Part shown: piece by piece, positions 46,926 to 55,702 of the stretch
Position numbering within the stretch: the stretch's first letter is position 1
Layout of the letters: every line of letters begins with the position of its first letter
Assembly (NCBI GenBank): GCA_036506795.1
Contig: DASXRC010000021.1
Coordinates: 17,190 to 81,189, forward strand
Reading direction: 5' to 3'
DNA length: 64,000 bases
Source: Micromonosporaceae bacterium
Lineage (GTDB): Bacteria > Actinomycetota > Actinomycetes > Mycobacteriales > Micromonosporaceae
Position numbers and translations under genes: made by a program
The notes under the pieces: generated by a model
Databases searched by the model: none
Told to the model about the DNA's origin: nothing
Seen by the model: the letters and a program-made list of their open reading frames with translations, nothing else

Positions 46926-47902
46926 CGACGGCCGAGACGTCCCGCCCCCCGCCGGTCCGCCCGGCGCGGGGCGGGGGGCGGCCGGCGGCACCGTGGCGCG
47001 TATGGGTTCGGCCCGCTGGGCGCGGGCAGACCCGGCTCGCCGTGCTGTTGCTGCTGCCGGCCGCCGCAGTCGTCTTCGGCGTCGTGCTCTACCCGGCCGC
47101 GCGCGCCCTCGTCATCTCGTTCTATGACGTCGACAGCCCGTTCCCCGGGGCGTACCCGTTCGTCGGGTTGCGCAACTACACCGACGTCCTCAACGACCCT
47201 CGACTGTGGATGGCCGCGCGCCACACGCTCTACTTCACCGTCGTGTCTACGGCACTCGAGCTGGTTCTCGGGATCGGCCTGGCGCTGCTGCTGGCTGCGC
47301 CGATCCGGCTGCGATGGCTGTTCCGCGCCGTGGTGATCCTGCCGTGGGCGCTGCCGACGATTGTCAATGGCGCGATGTGGCGGTGGATCCTCAACGCCCA
47401 GTACGGCGCCGCGAACGCTGTGCTCACCCAGCTGCACCTGCAGCAGGACTACCGGTCCTGGCTGGGCACGAGCCCGTTCCTCGCGCTCAACATGGTGATC
47501 GTCGCCGACGTCTGGAAGAACACCTCGCTGGTGGCCTTCTTTCTCCTAGCCGGGCTGCAGACCATTCCCAACGAGTTGTACGAGGCGGCTCGGGTCGACG
47601 GTGCCGGCACGGTACGGGCGTTCTTCCGCATTACGCTGCCGCTGCTGCGGCCGGCGATCGCGCTCGTCCTCGTGCTGCGGACGATCGAGGCTTTCAAGGT
47701 CTTCGACATCATCTACGTGATGACCGGTGGCGGCCCCGCGAGTGGCACCCAGACCGTGACGTTCTTCACCTACCTGCAGGCGTTCTCCGCCCAGCGGTTC
47801 AGCGTCGGCGCGGCCCTCGCGTACCTGACAGTGGTGACCATCCTGCTGCTCGCGCTTGTGTACCTGCGCCTGCTGCGCCAGAGTGAGCTGAGGGCGCCAT
47901 GA
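46922..47902 (+). CDS. Carbohydrate ABC transporter permease (MalF/UgpA-like)
   Basis: GTG 46922 overlaps the SBP stop (GTGA). EAA-like loop NELYEAARVDGAGTVRAFFRITLP. Confidence 0.88.
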   Translation: MTTAETSRPPPVRPARGGGRPAAPWRVWVRPAGRGQTRLAVLLLLPAAAVVFGVVLYPAARALVISFYDVDSPFPGAYPFVGLRNYTDVLNDPRLWMAARHTLYFTVVSTALELVLGIGLALLLAAPIRLRWLFRAVVILPWALPTIVNGAMWRWILNAQYGAANAVLTQLHLQQDYRSWLGTSPFLALNMVIVADVWKNTSLVAFFLLAGLQTIPNELYEAARVDGAGTVRAFFRITLPLLRPAIALVLVLRTIEAFKVFDIIYVMTGGGPASGTQTVTFFTYLQAFSAQRFSVGAALAYLTVVTILLLALVYLRLLRQSELRAP

Positions 47903-48747
47903 GGGCTGGCCGCGGCTACCGCGTCTTCGTCAACGTGGCGGCGCTCGTCACGTCCGTGGTCATCCTCGCGCCGTTCGGCTGGCTGCTCTACTCGTCGCTG
48001 GTCGGGCAGACCGACCTCGTGTCCCGGCCGTTGCGCTGGGTCCCCGAGCACGTGACGCTGAGCCGCTACCGGGAGATCTTCGCCGGTCATGGCATCAGCG
48101 CGGCAACCGAGTTCCGCCAGGCGATGGTCAACAGCTTCCTCGTGGCCAGCGGCACGGTACTGGTTTCGCTGACCGTGGGCGTACTCGGCGGCTACGCCCT
48201 GGCCCGGCTGCGGTTCCCGCTGCGACGCACCACGCTGCTGTCGTTCCTTGTCACGTACATGCTGCCGCCGATCACATTGATCATTCCGCTGTACCTGCTG
48301 ATGTCCCGCTTCGGCCTGCTCGACACGAAGGTGGGGCTCGTCGTCGTGTACTGCTCCCTCGCCACGCCGTTCGCGCTGTGGAACATGAGCAACTTCTTCG
48401 GCTCGCTGCCGGCCGAGCTCGAGGACGCGGCCCGGGTGGATGGCTGCAGCCGGCTCGGGGCGCTCGTGCGGGTCGTGCTGCCGCTGTCGCGGCCGGGCAT
48501 CATCGCCACGGCGCTGTACGCGTTCCTACTGTGCTGGGACGAATTTCTCTACGCGCTGATCTTCACCTCGACGTCGCGGGCGAAGACGATTCCGGTCGCG
48601 ATCGCCGAGTTCACCGGCCGCAATGCGGTGGACTTCGGGCTCATCGCCGCCGGCGGCATCCTGGCGGCGATACCACCCGTGCTCCTCACCGTGGCCTTCC
48701 AGCGGTACTTGGTCAGCGGGCTGACCACCGGGGCGGTTCGGGGATGA
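47899..48747 (+). CDS. Carbohydrate ABC transporter permease (MalG/UgpE-like)
   Basis: ATGA overlap with the previous gene. EAA loop ELEDAARVDGCSRLGALVRVVLP. Confidence 0.9.
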   Translation: MRAGRGYRVFVNVAALVTSVVILAPFGWLLYSSLVGQTDLVSRPLRWVPEHVTLSRYREIFAGHGISAATEFRQAMVNSFLVASGTVLVSLTVGVLGGYALARLRFPLRRTTLLSFLVTYMLPPITLIIPLYLLMSRFGLLDTKVGLVVVYCSLATPFALWNMSNFFGSLPAELEDAARVDGCSRLGALVRVVLPLSRPGIIATALYAFLLCWDEFLYALIFTSTSRAKTIPVAIAEFTGRNAVDFGLIAAGGILAAIPPVLLTVAFQRYLVSGLTTGAVRG

Positions 48748-49805
48748 GCCGCTCCTTCCTGGACGGCGTACTCGCGCAGCCGGACAACCTGGCGCAGTCC
48801 GCGTCGGTGGTACGGGCGGCGCTCGCCGGACCGGTTGGCGCTCGAGCGGCGGCCGCGGTGGAACGTGGCTGCCTGCTCGCCTTCGGCATGGGTGCGAGCG
48901 CGCACGCCGCGGCCGGCTTCGCGGCCTCGATGCGGGGGACGGGCCGGCCCGCCGTTGCGGTCAGCGCGGCCGACCTCGACACGGGTTCGCCGGCCGGCCT
49001 CGCGGCCGCTTACCTGGCGATCAGCCAGTCGGGGCGCAGCCGGGAGACTGTCGAGGCCCTGGCTGCTGCTCCGGCCGCCGGCCCATCGGACGCCGGCTCG
49101 TCGACCCGGCTCGCGCTGACCAACGAGCCGGACGGCCCGCTTGGCACCCTCGCCGACGTAGTGCTGCCGCTCGGCTGTGGGGCCGACACCAGAGTCTCGA
49201 CACTGAGCTACACGGCCACGTTGCAGGCGCTCGGCCTGCTCGCCGACCGCGTCACGGGCCGGTTGTCGGCGGACTGGGCGGCGTTGCCGGCGCTCGCTTC
49301 CGAGGTGCTGAGTCGGGAGGTGGACGCACTCGTGGCGACGCTCGTCGACGTCGACAGCGTCGACGTGGTCGGCTCGGGCGTGCATGTGGCAACGGCGGGT
49401 GCGGTCGCGTTGCTGCTGCGCGAGGCCGTCCACCTGCCGGCGGCCGGCTTCGCCACCCGGGAGTACCTGCATGGTCCGTTGGAGACGGTCGGGCCGCGCC
49501 AGGCCGTGCTCCTGTTCGGGTCCGGCCGGGAGGTGCCGCTGGCGGCCTCGCTCGCCGGGCACGGCGCGGACGTCGTTCTGCTGACGGACGTGGAGATCGA
49601 CGAGCCCGCCCCGCACCTGCGGGTGTTTCGGCTGCCTCCGGCGCCCGGCCTGGCCGGCTGCGTGCTGGACGTCCTTCCGGTCCAGCTGGCAGCCGCCGCG
49701 GTCGCCCAGCGTACGGGCCGGGCCATCGAGCTGCGACACATGCCCGCCGACACCAAGCTGAGCGCCAACGCGGAGCCACGAGGTGTCTCGATGGGACCTA
49801 CCTGA
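48744..49805 (+). CDS. SIS (sugar isomerase) domain protein, GlmS-C/FrlB-like
   Basis: ATG 48744 overlaps the permease stop (ATGA). Motifs FGMGASAHAA and AISQSGRSRETVEA. Two SIS-like halves. Confidence 0.75.
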   Translation: MSRSFLDGVLAQPDNLAQSASVVRAALAGPVGARAAAAVERGCLLAFGMGASAHAAAGFAASMRGTGRPAVAVSAADLDTGSPAGLAAAYLAISQSGRSRETVEALAAAPAAGPSDAGSSTRLALTNEPDGPLGTLADVVLPLGCGADTRVSTLSYTATLQALGLLADRVTGRLSADWAALPALASEVLSREVDALVATLVDVDSVDVVGSGVHVATAGAVALLLREAVHLPAAGFATREYLHGPLETVGPRQAVLLFGSGREVPLAASLAGHGADVVLLTDVEIDEPAPHLRVFRLPPAPGLAGCVLDVLPVQLAAAAVAQRTGRAIELRHMPADTKLSANAEPRGVSMGPT

Positions 49806-49867
49806 CCTGATTCGAATATGGATCGGCGGGGAAACTGCCGACTCATTTCTGAATCAGGTCAGGTAGG
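49797..49867. terminator. 17-bp perfect hairpin between convergent SIS and GH2 genes
   Basis: CCTACCTGACCTGATTC (49797-49813) pairs with GAATCAGGTCAGGTAGG (49851-49867). The left arm overlaps the SIS stop codon. The loop is about 37 nt. Confidence 0.5.
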
Positions 49868-49898
49868 ACGTTGCGCAATACCTCTCGGTCGCTGCGGG

Positions 49899-52556
49899 CT
49901 ATGGGATCGGTGCCGACGTCGTCGGCGCGTTGTACCCCCGCACCCGCAGGTACGGCGCCTGGCCGCTGAGGTCGCTCGTCTGGTACGACGCTGTGATCGT
50001 GGTTGACTCGCCCGGCCAGAGCGAGACGTAGTTGTCGGTGTAGCTGACGGGCACCACCTCGGTGCCGCCGTTGCCGGCGGTCACTTCGGGCCGGACGAAG
50101 AAGGCGATGTTCGTCGGGTCGGTGTTGGTCAGCAAGATCTGCACGGTCTGCTGTGTCCCGGAGACCGTGCGCGTCGCCGTAGCCGTCAGGCTCGGGTTGG
50201 ACGCCAGGGCGTTGAGCCCGGTCAGGTTCGCGTAGCTCCGGACCGACGTCTTGTACCACGTGCTCCTGTTCGCGAGCTGATCCGGGCTGGTCGAGTACCA
50301 GTAGAGGTTGTTGCTCACCAGCGAACCGGTCGAGTCCCGCAGCTGAAGGCGGATGAAATATGTGGTGGACAGCCCGGTCGCCGCGGGAATCGTGAACAGC
50401 TGCGTCGAGGCGTTGGCCGGCGCGCTCGCCGGCACCTGTGTGGTGTACGCCTGGCTCAGCGCCGGCACGTTGTAGAGCGTCGCGCTCGCGGTCAGGTTCG
50501 TGCGGCCGGCGAGCGTCGAGTTCACCACGTATACGTTCCGCGTGGCGTAGTCGTAGGCGATGTGGATCGGCTCGTTGGCCTTTCTGCTGCCGAAGTAGCC
50601 GCCGCCGGGCTTGAAGTAGTAGTCGTAGAGGTTCCAGTGCACGGAGGGCCAGGCGTTGTTCTGCATCCAGAAGATGACGCCGAACGACTGCGTGAACTCG
50701 TGCGAGTTCCAGGCCTCGAAGAACGACCGGGTGTTCTCGTAGTTCTGCAGCTCGGACTTGCGGGAGTAGTCACCGATCCCGTCGTATGCGCCGTACCGGC
50801 TGCTCACGCCCTCGTTGAACGCCTTCGTGTTGTCGAAGACGCTGTGCGCCTTGCCCGAGTGGTAGTTCCAGGCACTGCTGGTGGGCGACTGGTCGGCCGG
50901 TGCCAGGAACCGCTGGATGCTCTCGAGCGGTGGCGGCGACTCGGTGCCCTCCTCGGCGTTGGTGCCGAACGCGCTGCCGGCCCGCGTCGTGTCCCACCAC
51001 AGCACCGGCGGCTCCCACACGTAGGGGCCGTCCATCTTCATCCCGGCGTCCGGGTTGGACCAGGTGGCGACGTTGTCGAGCGTCGGGTTCTGCCAGTGCA
51101 GGCGGCTCGCGATGTCCTTGTACGCCGTGAGGTGCGCGGCGGTCGGCGGCTGGTCGCTGCCGTACGCCCAGACAAAGGGGCTCGCGTGCGCGCGCAACGC
51201 GCGCATCTGGCTCTCGAGGGAGGCGGTGGCGACCTGCTCCTGCTCGGCCGACCAGCCGTTGTCGTTCTCCCAGGCGCTGCAGCACACGAAGCCTGGCAAG
51301 ATCATGACGCCGGCCCGGTCCGCGAGGTCGTACAGCTCCTCGTTCCCGAGCGTGCCCTCCAGGCGGATCGTGTTGAGCCCCATGTCCTTTACGTACTGGA
51401 CGTGGGCGGCGTTTGTCTTCGTATCCCAGCGCTGCAACATGTCCCACATGTAGCCGCCGCCACGGAAGAAGATCGGTTGGCCGTTCACCCGGTATCCGAC
51501 GAACGAGGTGCCCTGGACGGTCGTCCGGTAGTCGGTGAACTGCCGTACGCCGAAGTCGATCGAGCGGGTATCCGACATGGCCCCGCCGACGGCCGCCGAA
51601 ACGCTGAGGTTGTACAGCTCCGGGCTGCCGAACTGGTATGGCCACCACAGGACGGGGTTGATGAGGTGCAGCTGGGGGTACGCGGCCGGGTCGAACACGA
51701 CCTCGCGGCGCTCGTTGGCGGCCAGCGTCACGGATTGGCTGACCGTGACGGTCGAACCGGCCTTGGAGATCGTGCCGCTGACGGTGGCCGTCACCGGAGC
51801 GTTGGTCGCGTTCACCGCGTCGACGTAGACGGTCAGGTCGGCCGCGTTGGTCGCCGGCAGCGGCAGCGTCGTCCGCACGTACGGGTCTCGGAGCGCGACC
51901 GGCCCGGTCGTCTCCAGCAGCGACTTGCCCCATAGACCGGCGTTCATGTCCGGCGCCTCGGGATTCCAGTCCACGGTGCAGAAGGACAGGTCGTTGCAGC
52001 CGTGCGCGGGCGGGGTCACCAGGATCGCCAACGCGTTGGCGGCGCCGGGCCGGATCAGGCCCCCGACGTTGTATTCGTGCCGGGCCATCGTGCCGACCGC
52101 GTTCGCGTCCAGCTGCGTGCCGTTGAGCCAGATCTGGGCACGGTAGCTGATGCCCTTGAAGCGCAGCCAGTACGCCTGATCCGCCGCGGCTGGGGGCGCC
52201 GTGAACTCGCCCCGGAACCACCAGTTCTGCCGCGTCAGGTCGGGGACGGACTGCAGGTTCTTACCGAAGTAGATGTCCTGGTAGACGTTATTGGCAACGA
52301 GACCGGCGAGCACGGTCGACGGCAGCGAGATCGGACTCCAGCCGGTGGTGCCGTAACCGACCTGCGAGATGGTCGCACCGGAGTCGGTGACCGTGGTGGC
52401 CGAGCGAAGCGTCCAGCCGGCGGACAGTTCGCTGGAACCGACGGTCGCGGCATCGGCCGGACCGATCCCGACGACGCCCAGGCCGAACACAAGGGCCAGC
52501 GCCGTCGTCACGACCGCGAACGGGCGGCGCCGCCGTGGGGCTGTGTGTCGAGACAT
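49899..52556 (-). CDS. Secreted glycoside hydrolase family 2, exo-beta-D-glucosaminidase (CsxA)-like
   Basis: ATG 52556 with GGGAGG RBS. Signal peptide RRRRPFAVVTTALALVFGLGVVGIGPADA. GH2 core NTIRLEGTLGNEELYDLADRAGVMILPGFVCCSAWE. Confidence 0.8.
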   Translation of the reverse strand: MSRHTAPRRRRPFAVVTTALALVFGLGVVGIGPADAATVGSSELSAGWTLRSATTVTDSGATISQVGYGTTGWSPISLPSTVLAGLVANNVYQDIYFGKNLQSVPDLTRQNWWFRGEFTAPPAAADQAYWLRFKGISYRAQIWLNGTQLDANAVGTMARHEYNVGGLIRPGAANALAILVTPPAHGCNDLSFCTVDWNPEAPDMNAGLWGKSLLETTGPVALRDPYVRTTLPLPATNAADLTVYVDAVNATNAPVTATVSGTISKAGSTVTVSQSVTLAANERREVVFDPAAYPQLHLINPVLWWPYQFGSPELYNLSVSAAVGGAMSDTRSIDFGVRQFTDYRTTVQGTSFVGYRVNGQPIFFRGGGYMWDMLQRWDTKTNAAHVQYVKDMGLNTIRLEGTLGNEELYDLADRAGVMILPGFVCCSAWENDNGWSAEQEQVATASLESQMRALRAHASPFVWAYGSDQPPTAAHLTAYKDIASRLHWQNPTLDNVATWSNPDAGMKMDGPYVWEPPVLWWDTTRAGSAFGTNAEEGTESPPPLESIQRFLAPADQSPTSSAWNYHSGKAHSVFDNTKAFNEGVSSRYGAYDGIGDYSRKSELQNYENTRSFFEAWNSHEFTQSFGVIFWMQNNAWPSVHWNLYDYYFKPGGGYFGSRKANEPIHIAYDYATRNVYVVNSTLAGRTNLTASATLYNVPALSQAYTTQVPASAPANASTQLFTIPAATGLSTTYFIRLQLRDSTGSLVSNNLYWYSTSPDQLANRSTWYKTSVRSYANLTGLNALASNPSLTATATRTVSGTQQTVQILLTNTDPTNIAFFVRPEVTAGNGGTEVVPVSYTDNYVSLWPGESTTITASYQTSDLSGQAPYLRVRGYNAPTTSAPIP

Positions 52557-52567
52557 GCGTGGCCTCC

Positions 52568-54199
52568 CTACGATCCGACCGGCCAGGTCACTTGCTTGGA
52601 GGGGTAGTAGTTGATGCCCATCACCCGCCAGCGCGGACCCTGGGCGCCGAGTCGCTGGGCGAACGCCGTCCAGTCGTGCGTGGCCTGGGGCGACCAGCCG
52701 AGCTCGGCGATCGCGGGCAGCCGCGGGAACGCCATGTACTCGATGTCGGCCAGCGTCTCGATCGTCTCCGTCCACAGTGGCGCCTCGACGCCGAGCACCG
52801 ACGCCTCACCGACACCGCTCAGGTAGTTGCCGGGGTCCCAGCCGTACGCGGTCTGGACCTCGATGTAGCCCGCCCAGCGTTGGCCGAGCCTCGTGCGGGG
52901 GCTGTACTTCATGTCGAGGTACGTGTGGTTGGCCGGCGACATCACGACCTTGGTGCCGTGCATGGCGGCGTCCGCCACCGCCTGGTCCGTCGTCGTCGTA
53001 CCCCAGAACTGGGCGACGACGGCGGACGTCGGGATCTGAGCGTGGACGACGTCGTGCCAACCGAGGAGTGTCTTCCCGTGCGCGGCCACGATCTGCTGGA
53101 CGCGGACGATGAACGTGTTGTAGTCGGCCGCCGTGGTCGAGCTGGCCTCGTCTCCACCGATGTGCAGGTAGGGCCCGGGCGTCATCGCCGCGATCTCGCC
53201 GAGCACCTGGTCGACGAACGTGTAGGTGATCTCCTTGCTCACGCAGAGCGAGCTGAAACCGACCTTCGTGCCGGTGTAGAGCCTCGGTGCGACGCCCGAG
53301 CAGTTGAGCTCCGCGTACGAGGCCAGCGCTGCGTTGGTGTGCCCCGGCATGTCGATCTCCGGTATCACCGTGATGTACCGCGACGCGGCGTACGCGACGA
53401 TGGCCCGGTATTCCTCCTGTGTGTAGTAGCCACCCGGGCCGCCGCCGACCTCGGTGCTTCCGCCGTAGATCGCGAGGTTCGGCCAGCTGTTGATGACGAT
53501 GCGCCAGCCCTGGTCATCGGAGAGATGCAGGTGCAGCCGGTTTACCTTGTAGAGCGCTATCTCGTCGATGTACCGCTCCACGACCGACACCGGGAAGAAG
53601 TGCCGTGCGACGTCCAGCATCGCGCCCCGGTGGGAGAACCGCGGATAGTCGACGATGCGCCCGCCGGCGACGGCCCACGGCCCCGGCTGCACCGTGGCGC
53701 TCTCGACCGCCGGCGGCAGCAACTGGCGCAGCGTCTGCACGCCGGCGAACAGGCCCGCGGGTTGGTTGGCGCGGATGACGATCGATTGGGCGGTGACGTC
53801 TAGTTGGTACCCCTCCGCGCCGGCGACGGCCGGAGCCCCCGACAGCAGCAGGACGATGCTGTCGCTGGGCACCGTGCTCGGCGCGTCGGCCACCGGCAGC
53901 GGGTAGCCGGTCGAGCGGCGCAGCAACGTGGCGAGGTAGCTCCCGATATCGGCAGCGGGTGCCGAGCCGGCTTCGGTGTAGACGGTCGTGGTCGCCGTGA
54001 CGGTGTTCGTGACGCCCGCGGTCGGTGTCACGCTGGCGGGCGCCGGCACGACGGAGGTCAGCGACACCAGGGCGGCGGGGGAGATCGGTTGCGGTGACGT
54101 GGGGTGTGCGTCGACCGCCGTCCCTGCGCCGGTCGTCATGGCGGTGGCCACCAGCGCAAGGCTCAGAGAGGCGAAGGGATGTCTGGCGGGAATCGTCAT
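52568..54199 (-). CDS. Secreted glycoside hydrolase family 20 beta-N-acetylhexosaminidase
   Basis: ATG 54199. Signal peptide present. Motifs HRGAMLDVARHFF, LHLHLSDDQGWR and HIGGDE. Confidence 0.88.
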   Translation of the reverse strand: MTIPARHPFASLSLALVATAMTTGAGTAVDAHPTSPQPISPAALVSLTSVVPAPASVTPTAGVTNTVTATTTVYTEAGSAPAADIGSYLATLLRRSTGYPLPVADAPSTVPSDSIVLLLSGAPAVAGAEGYQLDVTAQSIVIRANQPAGLFAGVQTLRQLLPPAVESATVQPGPWAVAGGRIVDYPRFSHRGAMLDVARHFFPVSVVERYIDEIALYKVNRLHLHLSDDQGWRIVINSWPNLAIYGGSTEVGGGPGGYYTQEEYRAIVAYAASRYITVIPEIDMPGHTNAALASYAELNCSGVAPRLYTGTKVGFSSLCVSKEITYTFVDQVLGEIAAMTPGPYLHIGGDEASSTTAADYNTFIVRVQQIVAAHGKTLLGWHDVVHAQIPTSAVVAQFWGTTTTDQAVADAAMHGTKVVMSPANHTYLDMKYSPRTRLGQRWAGYIEVQTAYGWDPGNYLSGVGEASVLGVEAPLWTETIETLADIEYMAFPRLPAIAELGWSPQATHDWTAFAQRLGAQGPRWRVMGINYYPSKQVTWPVGS

Positions 54200-54316
54200 G
54201 GCCGTCCTCCGGGGGAACGCGTCCAGCCCCGGCTGAGGTCGGCCGCGGTCGGACGCTTGCATCGACGATTGTCAGTAGCCAGACGCCACCATAGTCCCGT
54301 GATATTTGTAAGGCAA

Positions 54317-54327
54317 GCTGCTTAACA
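54317..54327. promoter_or_regulatory. Second copy (reverse strand) of TGTTAAGCAGC, upstream of the GH20-GH2 genes
   Basis: GCTGCTTAACA read at 54317-54327. It lies in an AT-rich patch and overlaps the stop codon of the PadR-GT87 gene. Confidence 0.4.
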
Positions 54328-55668
54328 GTCCGTGTGAAAGACGGGTCGTGGGGGCTGCGCGCGGCGCACCGGGACCAGGCAGGCGACGACGACCGCGGTG
54401 AGCATCCGGGCGTTGCTCCAGATCGGCGGTCCGAGCGCGGTGACCGGAAGGATCATCGTGGCCAGGACGGCCGCGCTCCATGCGCGCTGCGCCCCGGCCG
54501 ATCCGCGCACCGGCAGCAGCGCCGCCATCACCAGCCAGGCCTGATGGTGCGTCCAGGACACCGGCGAGATGACAACGCTCGCGGCGCCCGCGAGCGTCGT
54601 CGCGGACAGCCAGTCGCCGTCGCGGCCCAGGCGTCCCGCGCGTCGCAGTGCGATCGCGGCTACCGCGCCGGCCACGGCGAGAGCCGCAATCGAGCGGTTC
54701 GGCTCGGCCATGCCCAGCCGCATCAGTGCGCCATTGAGGGACTGGTTGCCCACCGAGGTGATGGGCCCGAGCCGGCTCGGGTGCCAGACGTGTGCGCTCC
54801 AGAATTGCCACGAGTCGGCAGGCAGCAGGGCCCACCCGAGCGCGCCGCACGCCGCGAATGTGGACGCGGCCACGAGCGCGGCCCGTCGGCGGCCGGCGAG
54901 CCAGAGCACGGGAACGAAGATCAACGGTGTGAGCTTGAGCGCCGCCGCGCATCCCACGAGGACCCCCTGGTACCGGCTGTTCCGCATGCCGATGGTGTCC
55001 ACGACGACGAGCGCCGCCAGGATGATGCTTATCTGTCCGAAGTGGAGCGCAGAGGAGACCGGGGCCGACAGCAGCAGCGCCGCGGCGATCCCGACGGCGG
55101 GCACGGCGCGCGGCAGCCGAGTGGCCGGGGCCGCCAGGGTCGACAGCGCCACGACGGCACCGACCGTGAGCAGCGTCCACGCCACCTGCAGCGGCAGCGT
55201 CGCGGCAAGCGACAGCGGCCAGAGAACCAGACCGGCGAACGGCGGGTACGTGAACGCCGCGTGGTTGGCGCCGGTCTCGGCGTACAGGCTCGCGCCGTCC
55301 CGGAGACCGTGGACGGCGCCGAGGTATATGCCGAGGTCGGATAGGCGCGCCCCGGCGGGCCGGGACAGGGCGGCGTACGACTCGATCGCCGCGATCGTCG
55401 CGGCCGTGAGCCACCACACCGCCGTCCGGACCGCCTCCCGGCGGCCGGTCGCGGCCGCGGCGGCGCCGGCCGGGGTGAGGCGGTAGCGGCGCCGCCCGTT
55501 GTCATGCCACCGAGACTGGATCAGGCCGGTGCGCTCGAGGCGGACGAGGGCCGGGTAGAGCCGGCCACTCGTCAGGCCGGTGTGGCGCAGGAGGTCGAGA
55601 CCGTACCGCTCGGAGCCGGAGCCGTCGCGCAGTGCCGACAACACCGCCGTCGCGGCCGACCCACCCAT
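54322..55668 (-). CDS. PadR-like winged-helix domain fused to a GT87 (DUF2029) polytopic membrane glycosyltransferase
   Basis: N-terminal ERYGLDLLRHTGLTSGRLYPALVRLERTGLIQSRW..RRRYRLTPAG is PadR-like. GT87 hallmarks follow: FTYPPFAGL, ALKLTPLIF and ISPVSWTHHQAW. Confidence 0.8.
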   Translation of the reverse strand: MGGSAATAVLSALRDGSGSERYGLDLLRHTGLTSGRLYPALVRLERTGLIQSRWHDNGRRRYRLTPAGAAAAATGRREAVRTAVWWLTAATIAAIESYAALSRPAGARLSDLGIYLGAVHGLRDGASLYAETGANHAAFTYPPFAGLVLWPLSLAATLPLQVAWTLLTVGAVVALSTLAAPATRLPRAVPAVGIAAALLLSAPVSSALHFGQISIILAALVVVDTIGMRNSRYQGVLVGCAAALKLTPLIFVPVLWLAGRRRAALVAASTFAACGALGWALLPADSWQFWSAHVWHPSRLGPITSVGNQSLNGALMRLGMAEPNRSIAALAVAGAVAAIALRRAGRLGRDGDWLSATTLAGAASVVISPVSWTHHQAWLVMAALLPVRGSAGAQRAWSAAVLATMILPVTALGPPIWSNARMLTAVVVACLVPVRRAQPPRPVFHTDC

Positions 55669-55684
55669 GTACGGAACTCTACAT
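55667..55684 (-). promoter_or_regulatory. PadR-type palindrome ATGT-N10-ACAT overlapping the PadR-GT87 start codon
   Basis: The minus strand reads CTATGTAGAGTTCCGTACATG, and the final ATG is the start codon at 55668. A near-identical motif occurs at 57974-57990. Confidence 0.6.
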
Positions 55685-55702
55685 AGGGTCCCGCCATGTC
55701 CA

